In this document: positions 1 through 7,220 of the stretch, piece after piece
Layout: each line of letters opens with the position of its first letter
Position numbering within the stretch: position 1 is the first letter of the stretch
DNA from: a virus
Taxonomy: Duplodnaviria; Caudoviricetes
Virus record (IMG/VR): IMGVR_UViG_3300030380_000259
Span: 1 to 55,909 of that record
Length of the DNA: 55,909 nt
Reading direction: 5' to 3' (one strand)
Position numbers and translations under genes: made by a program
The notes under the pieces: model-generated
Seen by the model: only the letters and a program-made list of their open reading frames with translations
Told to the model about the DNA's origin: nothing
Databases searched by the model: none

Positions 1-219
1 CAATGCACCTGTCATAGCCATAGCCGCCTTTGGTGCGTTACGTGCCATGTACATAGATGTAGCTTCTAGTATCTCATCTTTCAAACCTTTGACAATAGAA
101 GTTGTTGGTGTGTTATCTGCGTAACCAGCAATCTTTTTTGCCTGTACAACATCACCATTTGCTTCTTCAAAAAGAACTGCAAGAAACTTTTGTTGTCTAT
201 CGTTTAATTGTCGTGTCAT
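1..219 (-). CDS. Terminase small subunit-like protein, 5' part (second allele, truncated by window edge)
   Basis: Same frame and near-identical translation to 55472-55843 (MTRQLNDRQQKFL vs MTRQLNERQQKFL). Confidence 0.7.
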   Translation of the reverse strand, partial: MTRQLNDRQQKFLAVLFEEANGDVVQAKKIAGYADNTPTTSIVKGLKDEILEATSMYMARNAPKAAMAMTGAL

Positions 220-285
220 GCCATCTCTCCAGTAGCCATAGCGTGAGCCAAACGTGTGCTACGTCCTTTTACCTGCCTTGCCCAC
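1..285. repeat. Terminal overlap, copy 1 (matches 55625-55909)
   Basis: Positions 1-72 and 209-285 are identical to the other end; 17 substitutions lie between them. Confidence 0.97.
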
Positions 286-704
286 CTGCTGTCTAACATC
301 TCTTTTGCTGCGGTAGCAAAGTCATTGTTATGTACAGCTGCCCACATTTTTTTAAACTTCTTTAATCTTGGAACACCCATATTAAATGCCATGTCCATTA
401 GTACTAGTTGACGTACAGCGTCTAGGCTATCCACGCAAGAGTGCGCTTGACATAGTTCTCTTTCGACTATCTGCACGTCATTCGTTGCTAAGTAGACCGC
501 ATCTGCTTCTGTTATACCATGCTCATATATTGCATCCATATTTGGAATGTCCATATGGTCAAGTTCTTCTTTACTTATGCCACGGTCTTTTAGGTTTCTT
601 CCTATTCCAATGGTATCAATGCCTAATGTATCTTGATAGACTGTAAGTACAAGCCCTTCCCCTTGGATTAGTTTATCTATAAATTTCTTACGTTCATACT
701 TCAT
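216..704 (-). CDS. Endolysin, T4-type lysozyme (GH24)
   Basis: EG-x5-Y-x-DT-x4-TIGIGRNL catalytic region; MAFNMG, FKKM and DSRWARQV motifs. Confidence 0.92.
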   Translation of the reverse strand: MKYERKKFIDKLIQGEGLVLTVYQDTLGIDTIGIGRNLKDRGISKEELDHMDIPNMDAIYEHGITEADAVYLATNDVQIVERELCQAHSCVDSLDAVRQLVLMDMAFNMGVPRLKKFKKMWAAVHNNDFATAAKEMLDSRWARQVKGRSTRLAHAMATGEMA

Positions 705-898
705 TTTTTCTCCGAACCTAGCCAGACTGCAAATGCACCCGTCATTGCACCACTGACTACACTAATCATTGCGCTTTGCTGTGTGCTAATATCATCTAAT
801 GAAATGCCCCACTCAATCACTCGTATATACATTATAGTCATTACAAGCATCATTAAGCGTGGTAGAATCTTGTACTCTAATATCTTCTTTGCAGCCAT
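701..898 (-). CDS. Small 2-TM membrane protein (holin/antiholin candidate)
   Basis: Two hydrophobic segments; overlaps the lysozyme start. Confidence 0.55.
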   Translation of the reverse strand: MAAKKILEYKILPRLMMLVMTIMYIRVIEWGISLDDISTQQSAMISVVSGAMTGAFAVWLGSEKK

Positions 899-900
899 CT

Positions 901-1284
901 TTATTTCTTTCCGAAGAATTTAGTTGCGCTACGTACTCCAAAAGAAGCAGCCACAATAATACCAAGACTATACTGATACCATTGCGGCATCGCTTCCAAC
1001 TGGGCAAACCCATTTGCTACCACCTCTTCCATTCCCGGTATGAACGCTAGTATAAGTGGAATACTAAACAGTATGGTAAGCCATTCGTCTTTCCAAGAAG
1101 ACTGACTACCTTTAGCCATCTCCAAATCCCAGTCTATTTCCCCAGTAGCTTTCTTCTGCATTACTATAGCTTCGGCTTGCGCTCTAGCTACTTTGGTTGC
1201 TGACTGAGCTTTCTTTTCTTCTACCTTACCACTTAACCATGTACCAGCTAAATCTGCTACAGGTCCTATTAGCATATTAAGCAC
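901..1284 (-). CDS. Holin (GTA 3TM-holin-like)
   Basis: SWKDEW motif, PxWYQ motif and FGVRS C-terminus. Likely start is GTG 1284 or ATG 1275, not 1383. Confidence 0.7.
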   Translation of the reverse strand: MLNMLIGPVADLAGTWLSGKVEEKKAQSATKVARAQAEAIVMQKKATGEIDWDLEMAKGSQSSWKDEWLTILFSIPLILAFIPGMEEVVANGFAQLEAMPQWYQYSLGIIVAASFGVRSATKFFGKK

Positions 1285-1522
1285 GTCTAAACCTCGCTGT
1301 TTTCTTTGCAATACTCTTCGGTTGTTTGACGAACTGCTTTCCCTTCCTTGTTCCTTCTCTCTTCGCTCGTGATGTTGCCGCATATTCCGCAGATGTAAGG
1401 CTCTTTATCGCTGAAGTAGGAAGGTAACGCTCTCCAGTTTCGCTTGATTTTTTCCCAGACTTTGTTCGCCATTTTTGTTTCGTCCACGATTTTAAACTTT
1501 GTTGTGATTTTGCTAATGCCAT
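1277..1522 (-). CDS. Small basic protein (DUF5872-like, SLxxWTxxxW part)
   Basis: QSLKSWTKQKWRTKSG...ERYLP; very K/R-rich. Confidence 0.65.
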   Translation of the reverse strand: MALAKSQQSLKSWTKQKWRTKSGKKSSETGERYLPTSAIKSLTSAEYAATSRAKREGTRKGKQFVKQPKSIAKKTARFRRA

Positions 1523-1523
1523 A

Positions 1524-1973
1524 TTACATACCCTGTAAAAACATAATCCACCAGATTATACCACCAATACCACCTACAGCTACTAAAATTAGTACACCTA
1601 TTAAAATAGCATCTATTAATTCTTTTTTCTGTCTTTCAGCTAGTGCTATCTTACGTTGTCTTTCTTTCCTAGCTTTTGCTTGAAATGTTTGCCAGTCTTG
1701 CCACAATCCGGGACGACCAGCCCATATCATATATTCTTTAATCCACTCTTCTTCTTCACGAATCTTTTCAAGTGCCATAAACTCTTCTAGTTCTGACCCA
1801 CCTTTATCACCCCAAAAGCTATTCTTTTTCTTTTCACCTCTATGGCGTAAATCTTCTTTAGCTTCCACAAACTTAAAGATACTGTCTCCTGCATCAACAA
1901 TATCTTTTCCGTTCTGTAAAGTTTGTTTTATCACGGCAAACGCCGCATTTGCTGCGGCTAACTCTGCTAACAT
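1524..1973 (-). CDS. Hypothetical protein with C-terminal TM helix
   Basis: AGGAG RBS, tight operon packing, C-terminal hydrophobic segment. Confidence 0.75.
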   Translation of the reverse strand: MLAELAAANAAFAVIKQTLQNGKDIVDAGDSIFKFVEAKEDLRHRGEKKKNSFWGDKGGSELEEFMALEKIREEEEWIKEYMIWAGRPGLWQDWQTFQAKARKERQRKIALAERQKKELIDAILIGVLILVAVGGIGGIIWWIMFLQGM

Positions 1974-1999
1974 GTGTCTCTCCTTTCACGTGTAGCATT

Positions 2000-2284
2000 T
2001 TATTTGTAACCACCACCAGCTTTCTTATATGCTTGTGCAAGCATCTGTGCTTTACGAGCAGACCATTGACCTGCACCACCACCTTTTGTTCCAGCTTTGA
2101 TACGTTGGAACTGCCGTTTACGCATTGCAGGTTTTGTATAATTACCTGCTTTATTTACTGTACTACCACCTTTGTTTAATTTAAGGCTAGATAAAGTCTT
2201 AGCTTGTTTAGCATGTAAGTTAGATGCTTTTTTTAAACCTGCTACAACTTTTTTAACTTTCTTTTTATTTGTTGTTTTTGCCAT
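2000..2284 (-). CDS. Small basic protein (DUF5872-like, GQWSARKAQ part)
   Basis: NYTKP...KGG..GQWSARKAQMLAQAYKKAGGGY. Confidence 0.7.
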   Translation of the reverse strand: MAKTTNKKKVKKVVAGLKKASNLHAKQAKTLSSLKLNKGGSTVNKAGNYTKPAMRKRQFQRIKAGTKGGGAGQWSARKAQMLAQAYKKAGGGYK

Positions 2285-2287
2285 AGT

Positions 2288-2641
2288 TTACCTCGCTGGG
2301 TCAAAGTATTCCTCTGCTGCAAATAAAGCTATAATATCGTTAGCATTACTACCAGTTCCTTTTAGTACATCACCCTCACTCATAAAGAAAGGTTTACCGT
2401 CATCAAATATGTAAGCAATGTTTGCAGATTGAGTTACGCTAAATGCATCTATTATCTGTTGAGGAGAACCCCCACTTGCTGTATAGGTTATATCAAAAGT
2501 TCTATCAGCTACATTTGATATATTGGTAAACGCTAAAAGTTTTATAACAGCTACGTAATTTTCAGGAACAGTATATATTGTTGTATCAGTATCTAACGGC
2601 ACAACATCATTTTTAAATTTAACGGTATTTAAAGACGGCAT
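2288..2641 (-). CDS. Hypothetical beta-rich protein (possible virion component)
   Basis: RBS AGGA; TIYTVP motif typical of small phage structural proteins. Confidence 0.65.
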   Translation of the reverse strand: MPSLNTVKFKNDVVPLDTDTTIYTVPENYVAVIKLLAFTNISNVADRTFDITYTASGGSPQQIIDAFSVTQSANIAYIFDDGKPFFMSEGDVLKGTGSNANDIIALFAAEEYFDPAR

Positions 2642-2653
2642 GATATTATCCTA

Positions 2654-2764
2654 TTAACCAAAAAAGTTTTTAGGCTTATTAGCTTTATTAACATTTTTAT
2701 TGTGTTTTCCCGGTCTACGTATACGTTTCTTTTTTATAAACTCGTTAGCAAATTGTTTTGCCAT
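2654..2764 (-). CDS. 36-aa basic peptide MAKQFANEFIKKKRIRRPGKHNKNVNKANKPKNFFG (below ORF-track cutoff)
   Basis: ATG overlaps the SET gene stop (TAATG). Fills the gap. Its Pro-Gly is coded CCG GGA like all other Pro-Gly pairs in real genes. Confidence 0.7.
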   Translation of the reverse strand: MAKQFANEFIKKKRIRRPGKHNKNVNKANKPKNFFG

Positions 2765-3120
2765 TATTCTAGTCTACTTTCCCAATAATCATGTCCATAA
2801 TCATGTACTATTTCTTCATCTTTTTTAATATCTTCAACTGCAAAAAATCTAACAAACCTATCATCTGTTTCAGATATTTCCCATTCAGCATTAGGTTTAG
2901 AACTATGATTATATATCATAGCGTAACCAAGAGGTATTAAAAAATCTGTATCATCTTCGTATGGTGAATAAAAAATATAATTATGTAATATGCAATCTTC
3001 TTTTATACTATCTTCATTAACTATCAGATAAGGACACATCTCAATAGTATCACCTTTGAAATAGTCCTTATCTGCAAATATACCATGACCATGTATACTA
3101 GAATCTGCTAGATACGGCAT
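2764..3120 (-). CDS. SET-domain protein-lysine methyltransferase
   Basis: HGHGIFA (GxG motif I), YNHSSKPN (NHS motif) and EEIVHDYG (ELxxDY motif). Confidence 0.9.
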   Translation of the reverse strand: MPYLADSSIHGHGIFADKDYFKGDTIEMCPYLIVNEDSIKEDCILHNYIFYSPYEDDTDFLIPLGYAMIYNHSSKPNAEWEISETDDRFVRFFAVEDIKKDEEIVHDYGHDYWESRLE

Positions 3121-3269
3121 TACTTCTTTTTCTTAGCCATACCACCACGCATCATTTTCTTTTTCTTAGCCATTTTAGCCATACCACCACCCATCATTTT
3201 AGGTTTCATAGTACCGCCACCGCGCATCATTTTTTTCTTTTTAGCCATTTTTGCTTTGCCCATTGCCAT
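3120..3269 (-). CDS. 49-aa Lys/Met/Gly-rich repetitive peptide (below ORF-track cutoff)
   Basis: Translates MAMGKAKMAKKKKMMRGGGTMKPKMMGGGMAKMAKKKKMMRGGMAKKKK. AAGGA lies upstream. Its TAA overlaps the SET ATG. Confidence 0.8.
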   Translation of the reverse strand: MAMGKAKMAKKKKMMRGGGTMKPKMMGGGMAKMAKKKKMMRGGMAKKKK

Positions 3270-3786
3270 TTCTTAGTTTCCTTCTTTCTAATACTAAAGA
3301 TTGATATACTTCTTCAGGGAAATGTTTATAGTACCCTGACTTTTCTAAACTTAGTGCCGCACTATCCAACACTGATAATAATTGTATGAAAACCATACAA
3401 TATTCTAACTCGTCACTAGTAATGCCGTTATCGTCTAAAAATTCTAAACCAGCTTCACCAGCATCGTAGTCAGGGTGAAACACCATCAAATGCATATCTA
3501 TACCTGCAATTGAAAATGCTTCGTTCATACCATCACAAAGCCCATCAAGATATTCTATGTGCGGTAATTCTTCAGATGCCCATACTACTATATCATAGTT
3601 ATGTTCATTAAACTTTTCTACTTCTTCACGTAAACCTTCAAATCCTGTATTGATACTAAACTTTACCTGATTATCTACCCATGCTTTTCTAGCATAAGGA
3701 CAAGGTGGTAAGCCGTTTAACTTATCATTAGGAACTTCAAGAAAGTCATGTGACCACTTACGTATGTCAGCTTCTACTGGATGCAC
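3241..3786 (-). CDS. DUF1415-like protein
   Basis: PPCPYAR and FHPDY motifs. Confidence 0.6.
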   Translation of the reverse strand: MHPVEADIRKWSHDFLEVPNDKLNGLPPCPYARKAWVDNQVKFSINTGFEGLREEVEKFNEHNYDIVVWASEELPHIEYLDGLCDGMNEAFSIAGIDMHLMVFHPDYDAGEAGLEFLDDNGITSDELEYCMVFIQLLSVLDSAALSLEKSGYYKHFPEEVYQSLVLERRKLRNGNGQSKNG

Positions 3787-4063
3787 GTGTTTTATTCTTT
3801 TGTTGTTCTATAAATTTTCTATACACACCAGCCGCACCAGCTTTTCCAGCCGCTTTAGCTCGTTGCTCCATAGCGATAGCCGCTTGTGTTTTATGATTAT
3901 GGCTTCTGCTCGATGATTTTATTTTACGTACAGATGCCTGTGCATCTTTTACTGTAGCAAACTTTAAACCGTGAATTGTACCTTTTGGGTCTTCATCCGT
4001 ATACAGGTCACTGTGCTTTTTACTTTTAGCAGGTTGACCTTTTTTTCTTGGTATTCTACGCAT
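3767..4063 (-). CDS. Basic hypothetical protein (DLYTDExPKGTIHGL family)
   Basis: Conserved-looking motif; overlaps both neighbours. Confidence 0.7.
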   Translation of the reverse strand: MRRIPRKKGQPAKSKKHSDLYTDEDPKGTIHGLKFATVKDAQASVRKIKSSSRSHNHKTQAAIAMEQRAKAAGKAGAAGVYRKFIEQQKNKTRASSRS

Positions 4064-4664
4064 TTTTTGTAATTTTATTAAATACCTCTGGGTTTGCTTT
4101 CTTTAATGCTTTCAGTCCCGGGTTCATTGTGACTGAACCACCTGCTGCATACATATGTGCTTTGCCATATGCCATACCACCATTAGCCATCTTTGTTTTA
4201 CCTTTAGGCATCATACCTACACTAACTGCAATAACAGGTACTTTCTTTTTCTTTGACATGCCACCGTCTTTCATTTTTGTTTTATCTTGCGGTTTTTTGT
4301 CACCCATACCTTTTGGTTCAGCCCTTTTCCTTGCAACTTCTCTAATTTTTTTTAAATTTTTTTCTTTAATTATTTCTGCTTTAGTTTTTTCACCAACGGG
4401 TTTACGTGGTTTAACATCTTTTAAAGGTTTTTTCTCAATCAAATGTGTTACAAACATATCTTTTAAAGATTTTTCTCTTTTTGCAATAGATTCAGCAGCA
4501 CCATCATTTTCTTTTAACCATTTAATTTCTGCTTGTATTCTATCATAAGATTTTTGTACATCTTTTGACCTAGTACGTGCCAGACCACGTTGACCTAGTT
4601 GTATGCGTTTTGCATCGGGTTTAGCTATAGTATCTGAAGCTGTTCTTAATACTTTACCTAACAT
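4056..4664 (-). CDS. Lys-rich hypothetical protein with three xxGG motifs
   Basis: AGGAG RBS; MKDGG, MANGG and YAAGG. Confidence 0.75.
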   Translation of the reverse strand: MLGKVLRTASDTIAKPDAKRIQLGQRGLARTRSKDVQKSYDRIQAEIKWLKENDGAAESIAKREKSLKDMFVTHLIEKKPLKDVKPRKPVGEKTKAEIIKEKNLKKIREVARKRAEPKGMGDKKPQDKTKMKDGGMSKKKKVPVIAVSVGMMPKGKTKMANGGMAYGKAHMYAAGGSVTMNPGLKALKKANPEVFNKITKNA

Positions 4665-4680
4665 AATAATCTCCTGTTAA

Positions 4681-4965
4681 TTAACATTTCCATCTTCTAC
4701 GTGCTTGTCTTAAACGACTGTTAGGGTCACGAGCCGCTTTTGGAAACTTTTTCATTTGTCCAGCAGACCTAGCACAAAAAGACTTGCGCCTCTTAGCATC
4801 TTTACTGCCTTTTTTAGGATTGCCTGTTACAGCAGTTTGTAATTTACTTCCGGGATTTTTTCTTCTATAAGCTTTTACCCCAGCTTCTGTCATACCTGCG
4901 CCCTGTTTTGTAGGGCGAAAGTTTTTCTTATTTCGTTTTGGCATGTTGTCGGGTTTACGTGGCAT
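4681..4965 (-). CDS. Basic protein, DUF6321-like
   Basis: GMTEAGVKAYRRKNPGSKL...RRKSFCARS...RRWKC; likely start at ATG 4965. Confidence 0.7.
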   Translation of the reverse strand: MPRKPDNMPKRNKKNFRPTKQGAGMTEAGVKAYRRKNPGSKLQTAVTGNPKKGSKDAKRRKSFCARSAGQMKKFPKAARDPNSRLRQARRRWKC

Positions 4966-4967
4966 AA

Positions 4968-5159
4968 TTATATACCTTTTTCTTCTTCGCATTTAAAAGA
5001 AAATGAATGTGGTGTGCCTAATAATTCTGATACATCTATAACCATCTGAGAGGCACGTTGTTCACACTGTACTTCTGTAAAATACGGACCCCAATCATCT
5101 TCGGCAATAATACATTGACCTGTTAACATAGAACAAGCCATTACAAATGTTGTAAACAT
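4968..5159 (-). CDS. Small Cys-containing putative exported protein
   Basis: Hydrophobic N-terminus, four Cys, GPY-x4-C motif; start overlaps the upstream stop. Confidence 0.6.
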   Translation of the reverse strand: MFTTFVMACSMLTGQCIIAEDDWGPYFTEVQCEQRASQMVIDVSELLGTPHSFSFKCEEEKGI

Positions 5160-5362
5160 TAGTCTGTCCACCCTTCTGCTCTCATAGCATCTTCTACATG
5201 TTTCAATGAGAACTTTCTTCCATAGCGTGCTTCAACTGCCTGTCGTACATAGAACACATCACTATGGGGAATATGTAGGCGGTCAAGTTTATTAGTACGA
5301 ATAGCTTCATAGAAAGCTGAAAGTACGTCATCTGTATATAGTTTTACAGATTTTTTAGCCAT
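5159..5362 (-). CDS. Hypothetical protein
   Basis: Operon packing; plausible composition. Confidence 0.7.
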   Translation of the reverse strand: MAKKSVKLYTDDVLSAFYEAIRTNKLDRLHIPHSDVFYVRQAVEARYGRKFSLKHVEDAMRAEGWTD

Positions 5363-5368
5363 TGTCAA
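5341..5368 (-). promoter_or_regulatory. sigma70-type promoter TTGACA-N16-TAAAAC
   Basis: Same architecture as the promoters at 38547 and 48422. Confidence 0.45.
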
Positions 5369-5510
5369 CTCTTTTCTGTAATTCTTCTTTTCCTTTTTGC
5401 CACCAATGCACTCTTTCTGCTATAGCTTTAGCTTCACACAAGCCACAGAGCTGCACGAGAGTACCTTTTTTATTATAGATACAAGAAGAACACTTTAATT
5501 CTTTATTCAT
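5355..5510 (-). CDS. 51-aa CxxC-x11-CxxC zinc-finger protein (below ORF-track cutoff)
   Basis: MNKELKCSSCIYNKKGTLVQLCGLCEAKAIAERVHWWQKGKEELQKRVDNG; first ORF after the leftward promoter. Confidence 0.55.
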   Translation of the reverse strand: MNKELKCSSCIYNKKGTLVQLCGLCEAKAIAERVHWWQKGKEELQKRVDNG

Positions 5511-5588
5511 TTAAATGATTACAGTTAAAATGTTATTGGCAAAGGAATTATTTAAGGAATAGTTAACTATTTCAGTTTAACTGTTATA

Positions 5589-5617
5589 ATTATACCAGTT
5601 TTTACAGGAAGTGTCAA
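5589..5617 (-). promoter_or_regulatory. Consensus sigma70 promoter driving the leftward (late) arm
   Basis: TTGACA-N17-TATAAT with TG extension. Confidence 0.8.
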
Positions 5618-6003
5618 GCCCTCAAATAGGAAATAGGTAAAGTTTTTCTCTATCTATGTATAAAATAGGAAAATATTCTATAATAGTGAGTATAAAAGTA
5701 TCAGTTGTAGTTGTGGTTAACACTTAATTTACCTAATCTGTGTATTTATTCATGCACATATACGCACTACCCCCGTGTGGCGCATGCACGACCCCTTCAT
5801 CTGTCGATGAAGACTGCCCCAAAAGTCTGATTCAGCAACATTTTCCATAGAAAATGCTAGGAAAACCAAGTGTTTCAGTAGTTAAAACTACTGTTATGGT
5901 ATCAGTCGTCACTCTTCGAGTGGTTTGTAAAGTTGTAAACTAGGGATTTGTAAAGAATTTACAATGCCGATGCTTGGCTTCTTCATTCATTTATGAATGG
6001 TCA

Positions 6004-6021
6004 AAGTCCGCTGACGGACTA
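6004..6021. repeat. 18-bp palindromic box AAGTCCGCTGACGGACTA, copy 1
   Basis: Exact repeat; AGTCCG-CTGA-CGGACT dyad. Confidence 0.97.
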
Positions 6022-6212
6022 ACCCTAACACCTTTGGTGTTGTAGAAATACCACATCCCCTGTTGCAGTTGGGCAACACCTCACATGGGCGCAGTTTGGC
6101 GCAGGTACTTCGGAATAACAAGTTATTCCTGCAGTCACATGAAACGGCAGGGGCAGAGGATGGCGCATCACATCACGGAAAACCGACCACTTATTTCTCT
6201 CATATTTTCTAC

Positions 6213-6270
6213 GTGTTATATAAATATTAATCACAACTTGTTGTGAGTAATTAATATTTATTTATAACAC
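6213..6270. repeat. Long AT-rich imperfect palindrome upstream of the first early gene
   Basis: GTGTTATA-TAAATATTAA-TCACAAC-TT-GTTGTGA-GTAA-TTAATATTTA-TT-TATAACAC. Confidence 0.9.
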
Positions 6271-6290
6271 TTAAAATATGGAGATAAAAA

Positions 6291-6896
6291 ATGACAACAT
6301 CAAACTTCAAAAACTTCGCCACTCAGCTTGCTGAAGCTCCTAATACTTTAGAAGCCAAAGGCTTAGTGTTATCCCGTTGGGATAAATCTATTGTTTCTTC
6401 GGAGAAGAAAACATGGAAGTCTTTGACTTCTAGAGGTGGATTTTGGTTCTCCCTTGGAGAAGTTCTGTCTGAGATTCTAAAAGAATCTGGTGGTAGCAGA
6501 ATGGACTCAGCAAAGCTGAAAGACGCTAATCTTCATACCGTTGCAAAGCAACGTAGAAACGAAGCTATCAAGTTCTTTCAGAACTTTGACTTGATTGAAA
6601 ATCAAAAGCTGACTACCAAGTTTCAATCTATGACTAGATTGATTAGTGGTGTCAATGCTATTGTCAATCCAAAGGATGACAAGCCAACTGAACCAGAGGT
6701 TCAAAATGATGGTAAGTCCGCTGACGGACTAGATGAACCAAAGGTTCAAGAGGTCAAAGCCTTTACACAACTGAACGCTGAAGAAATCGCTTTTGAAGCG
6801 TTGCTTCAATGTGAAGTAAACAATATTCCTGTTAAGGAATTTATGTTAGCTCTCAAAGACCAACTACAGTTGGTTGACCAAAAGGCAGTAGCATAA
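6291..6896 (+). CDS. First early gene, hypothetical protein
   Basis: GGAG RBS, 201 aa, followed by a terminator. Confidence 0.85.
   Translation: MTTSNFKNFATQLAEAPNTLEAKGLVLSRWDKSIVSSEKKTWKSLTSRGGFWFSLGEVLSEILKESGGSRMDSAKLKDANLHTVAKQRRNEAIKFFQNFDLIENQKLTTKFQSMTRLISGVNAIVNPKDDKPTEPEVQNDGKSADGLDEPKVQEVKAFTQLNAEEIAFEALLQCEVNNIPVKEFMLALKDQLQLVDQKAVA
6714..6731. repeat. 18-bp palindromic box, copy 2 (inside CDS)
   Basis: Exact copy encoding KSADGL; flanked by two TGAACC-ARA-GGTTCA dyads. Confidence 0.97.
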
Positions 6897-6915
6897 GCTA
6901 CTGTCTAACTTTTTT
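6884..6915 (+). terminator. Rho-independent terminator candidate
   Basis: GGCAGTAGC-ATAA-GCTACTGTC followed by a slightly offset T-tract. Confidence 0.55.
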
Positions 6916-6930
6916 ATTGGAGATAAAACT

Positions 6931-7164
6931 ATGCGTAATCCACAAGCTACGTCATTCATTCGTAATTTCAACGCAAAGCGTATCACTTCATCATGGAACG
7001 CTACAGACGAAGCCTATGGCTTTGCCGTCTTTCCTGATAGAGATAACACTAAGCCATTCTGTTTTCGGAGTGGGCAAGCAAAAGCTATGGCTGATGAATA
7101 CAAGCGCAAACAAGCTATGCTTGACAAAGCTGAAGCAATGGCTATACTGGATTCACTACTTTAG
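6931..7164 (+). CDS. Early hypothetical protein
   Basis: GGAGATAAAA RBS, same as the upstream gene. Confidence 0.75.
   Translation: MRNPQATSFIRNFNAKRITSSWNATDEAYGFAVFPDRDNTKPFCFRSGQAKAMADEYKRKQAMLDKAEAMAILDSLL
7121..7148 (+). promoter_or_regulatory. sigma70-type promoter TTGACA-N16-TATACT
   Basis: Good hexamers at the end of a CDS, upstream of a non-coding structured region. Confidence 0.5.
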
Positions 7165-7165
7165 A

Positions 7166-7220
7166 GTTATAACATAAAATAAATAAGAATGTTTATGATT
7201 ATTTATTTTATTTATATAAC
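7166..7220. repeat. Second AT-rich imperfect palindrome
   Basis: GTTATA..ATAAAATAAATAA...TTATTTATTTTAT..TATAAC; shares the TATAACACTTAA tail with 6213-6274. Confidence 0.8.

Noticed and set aside
1-285. Diversity-generating retroelement TR/VR pair with 55625-55909
   Set aside because: Differences are synonymous third-position changes, not adenine-specific, and there is no reverse transcriptase.
6025-6234. Minus-strand ORF in the control region (also 7156-7398 and 7368-7679)
   Set aside because: No RBS, wrong strand for the arm, and they run through palindromes and boxes.
7166-7195. dif-like XerCD site
   Set aside because: One arm resembles the XerD arm but the XerC arm does not match.
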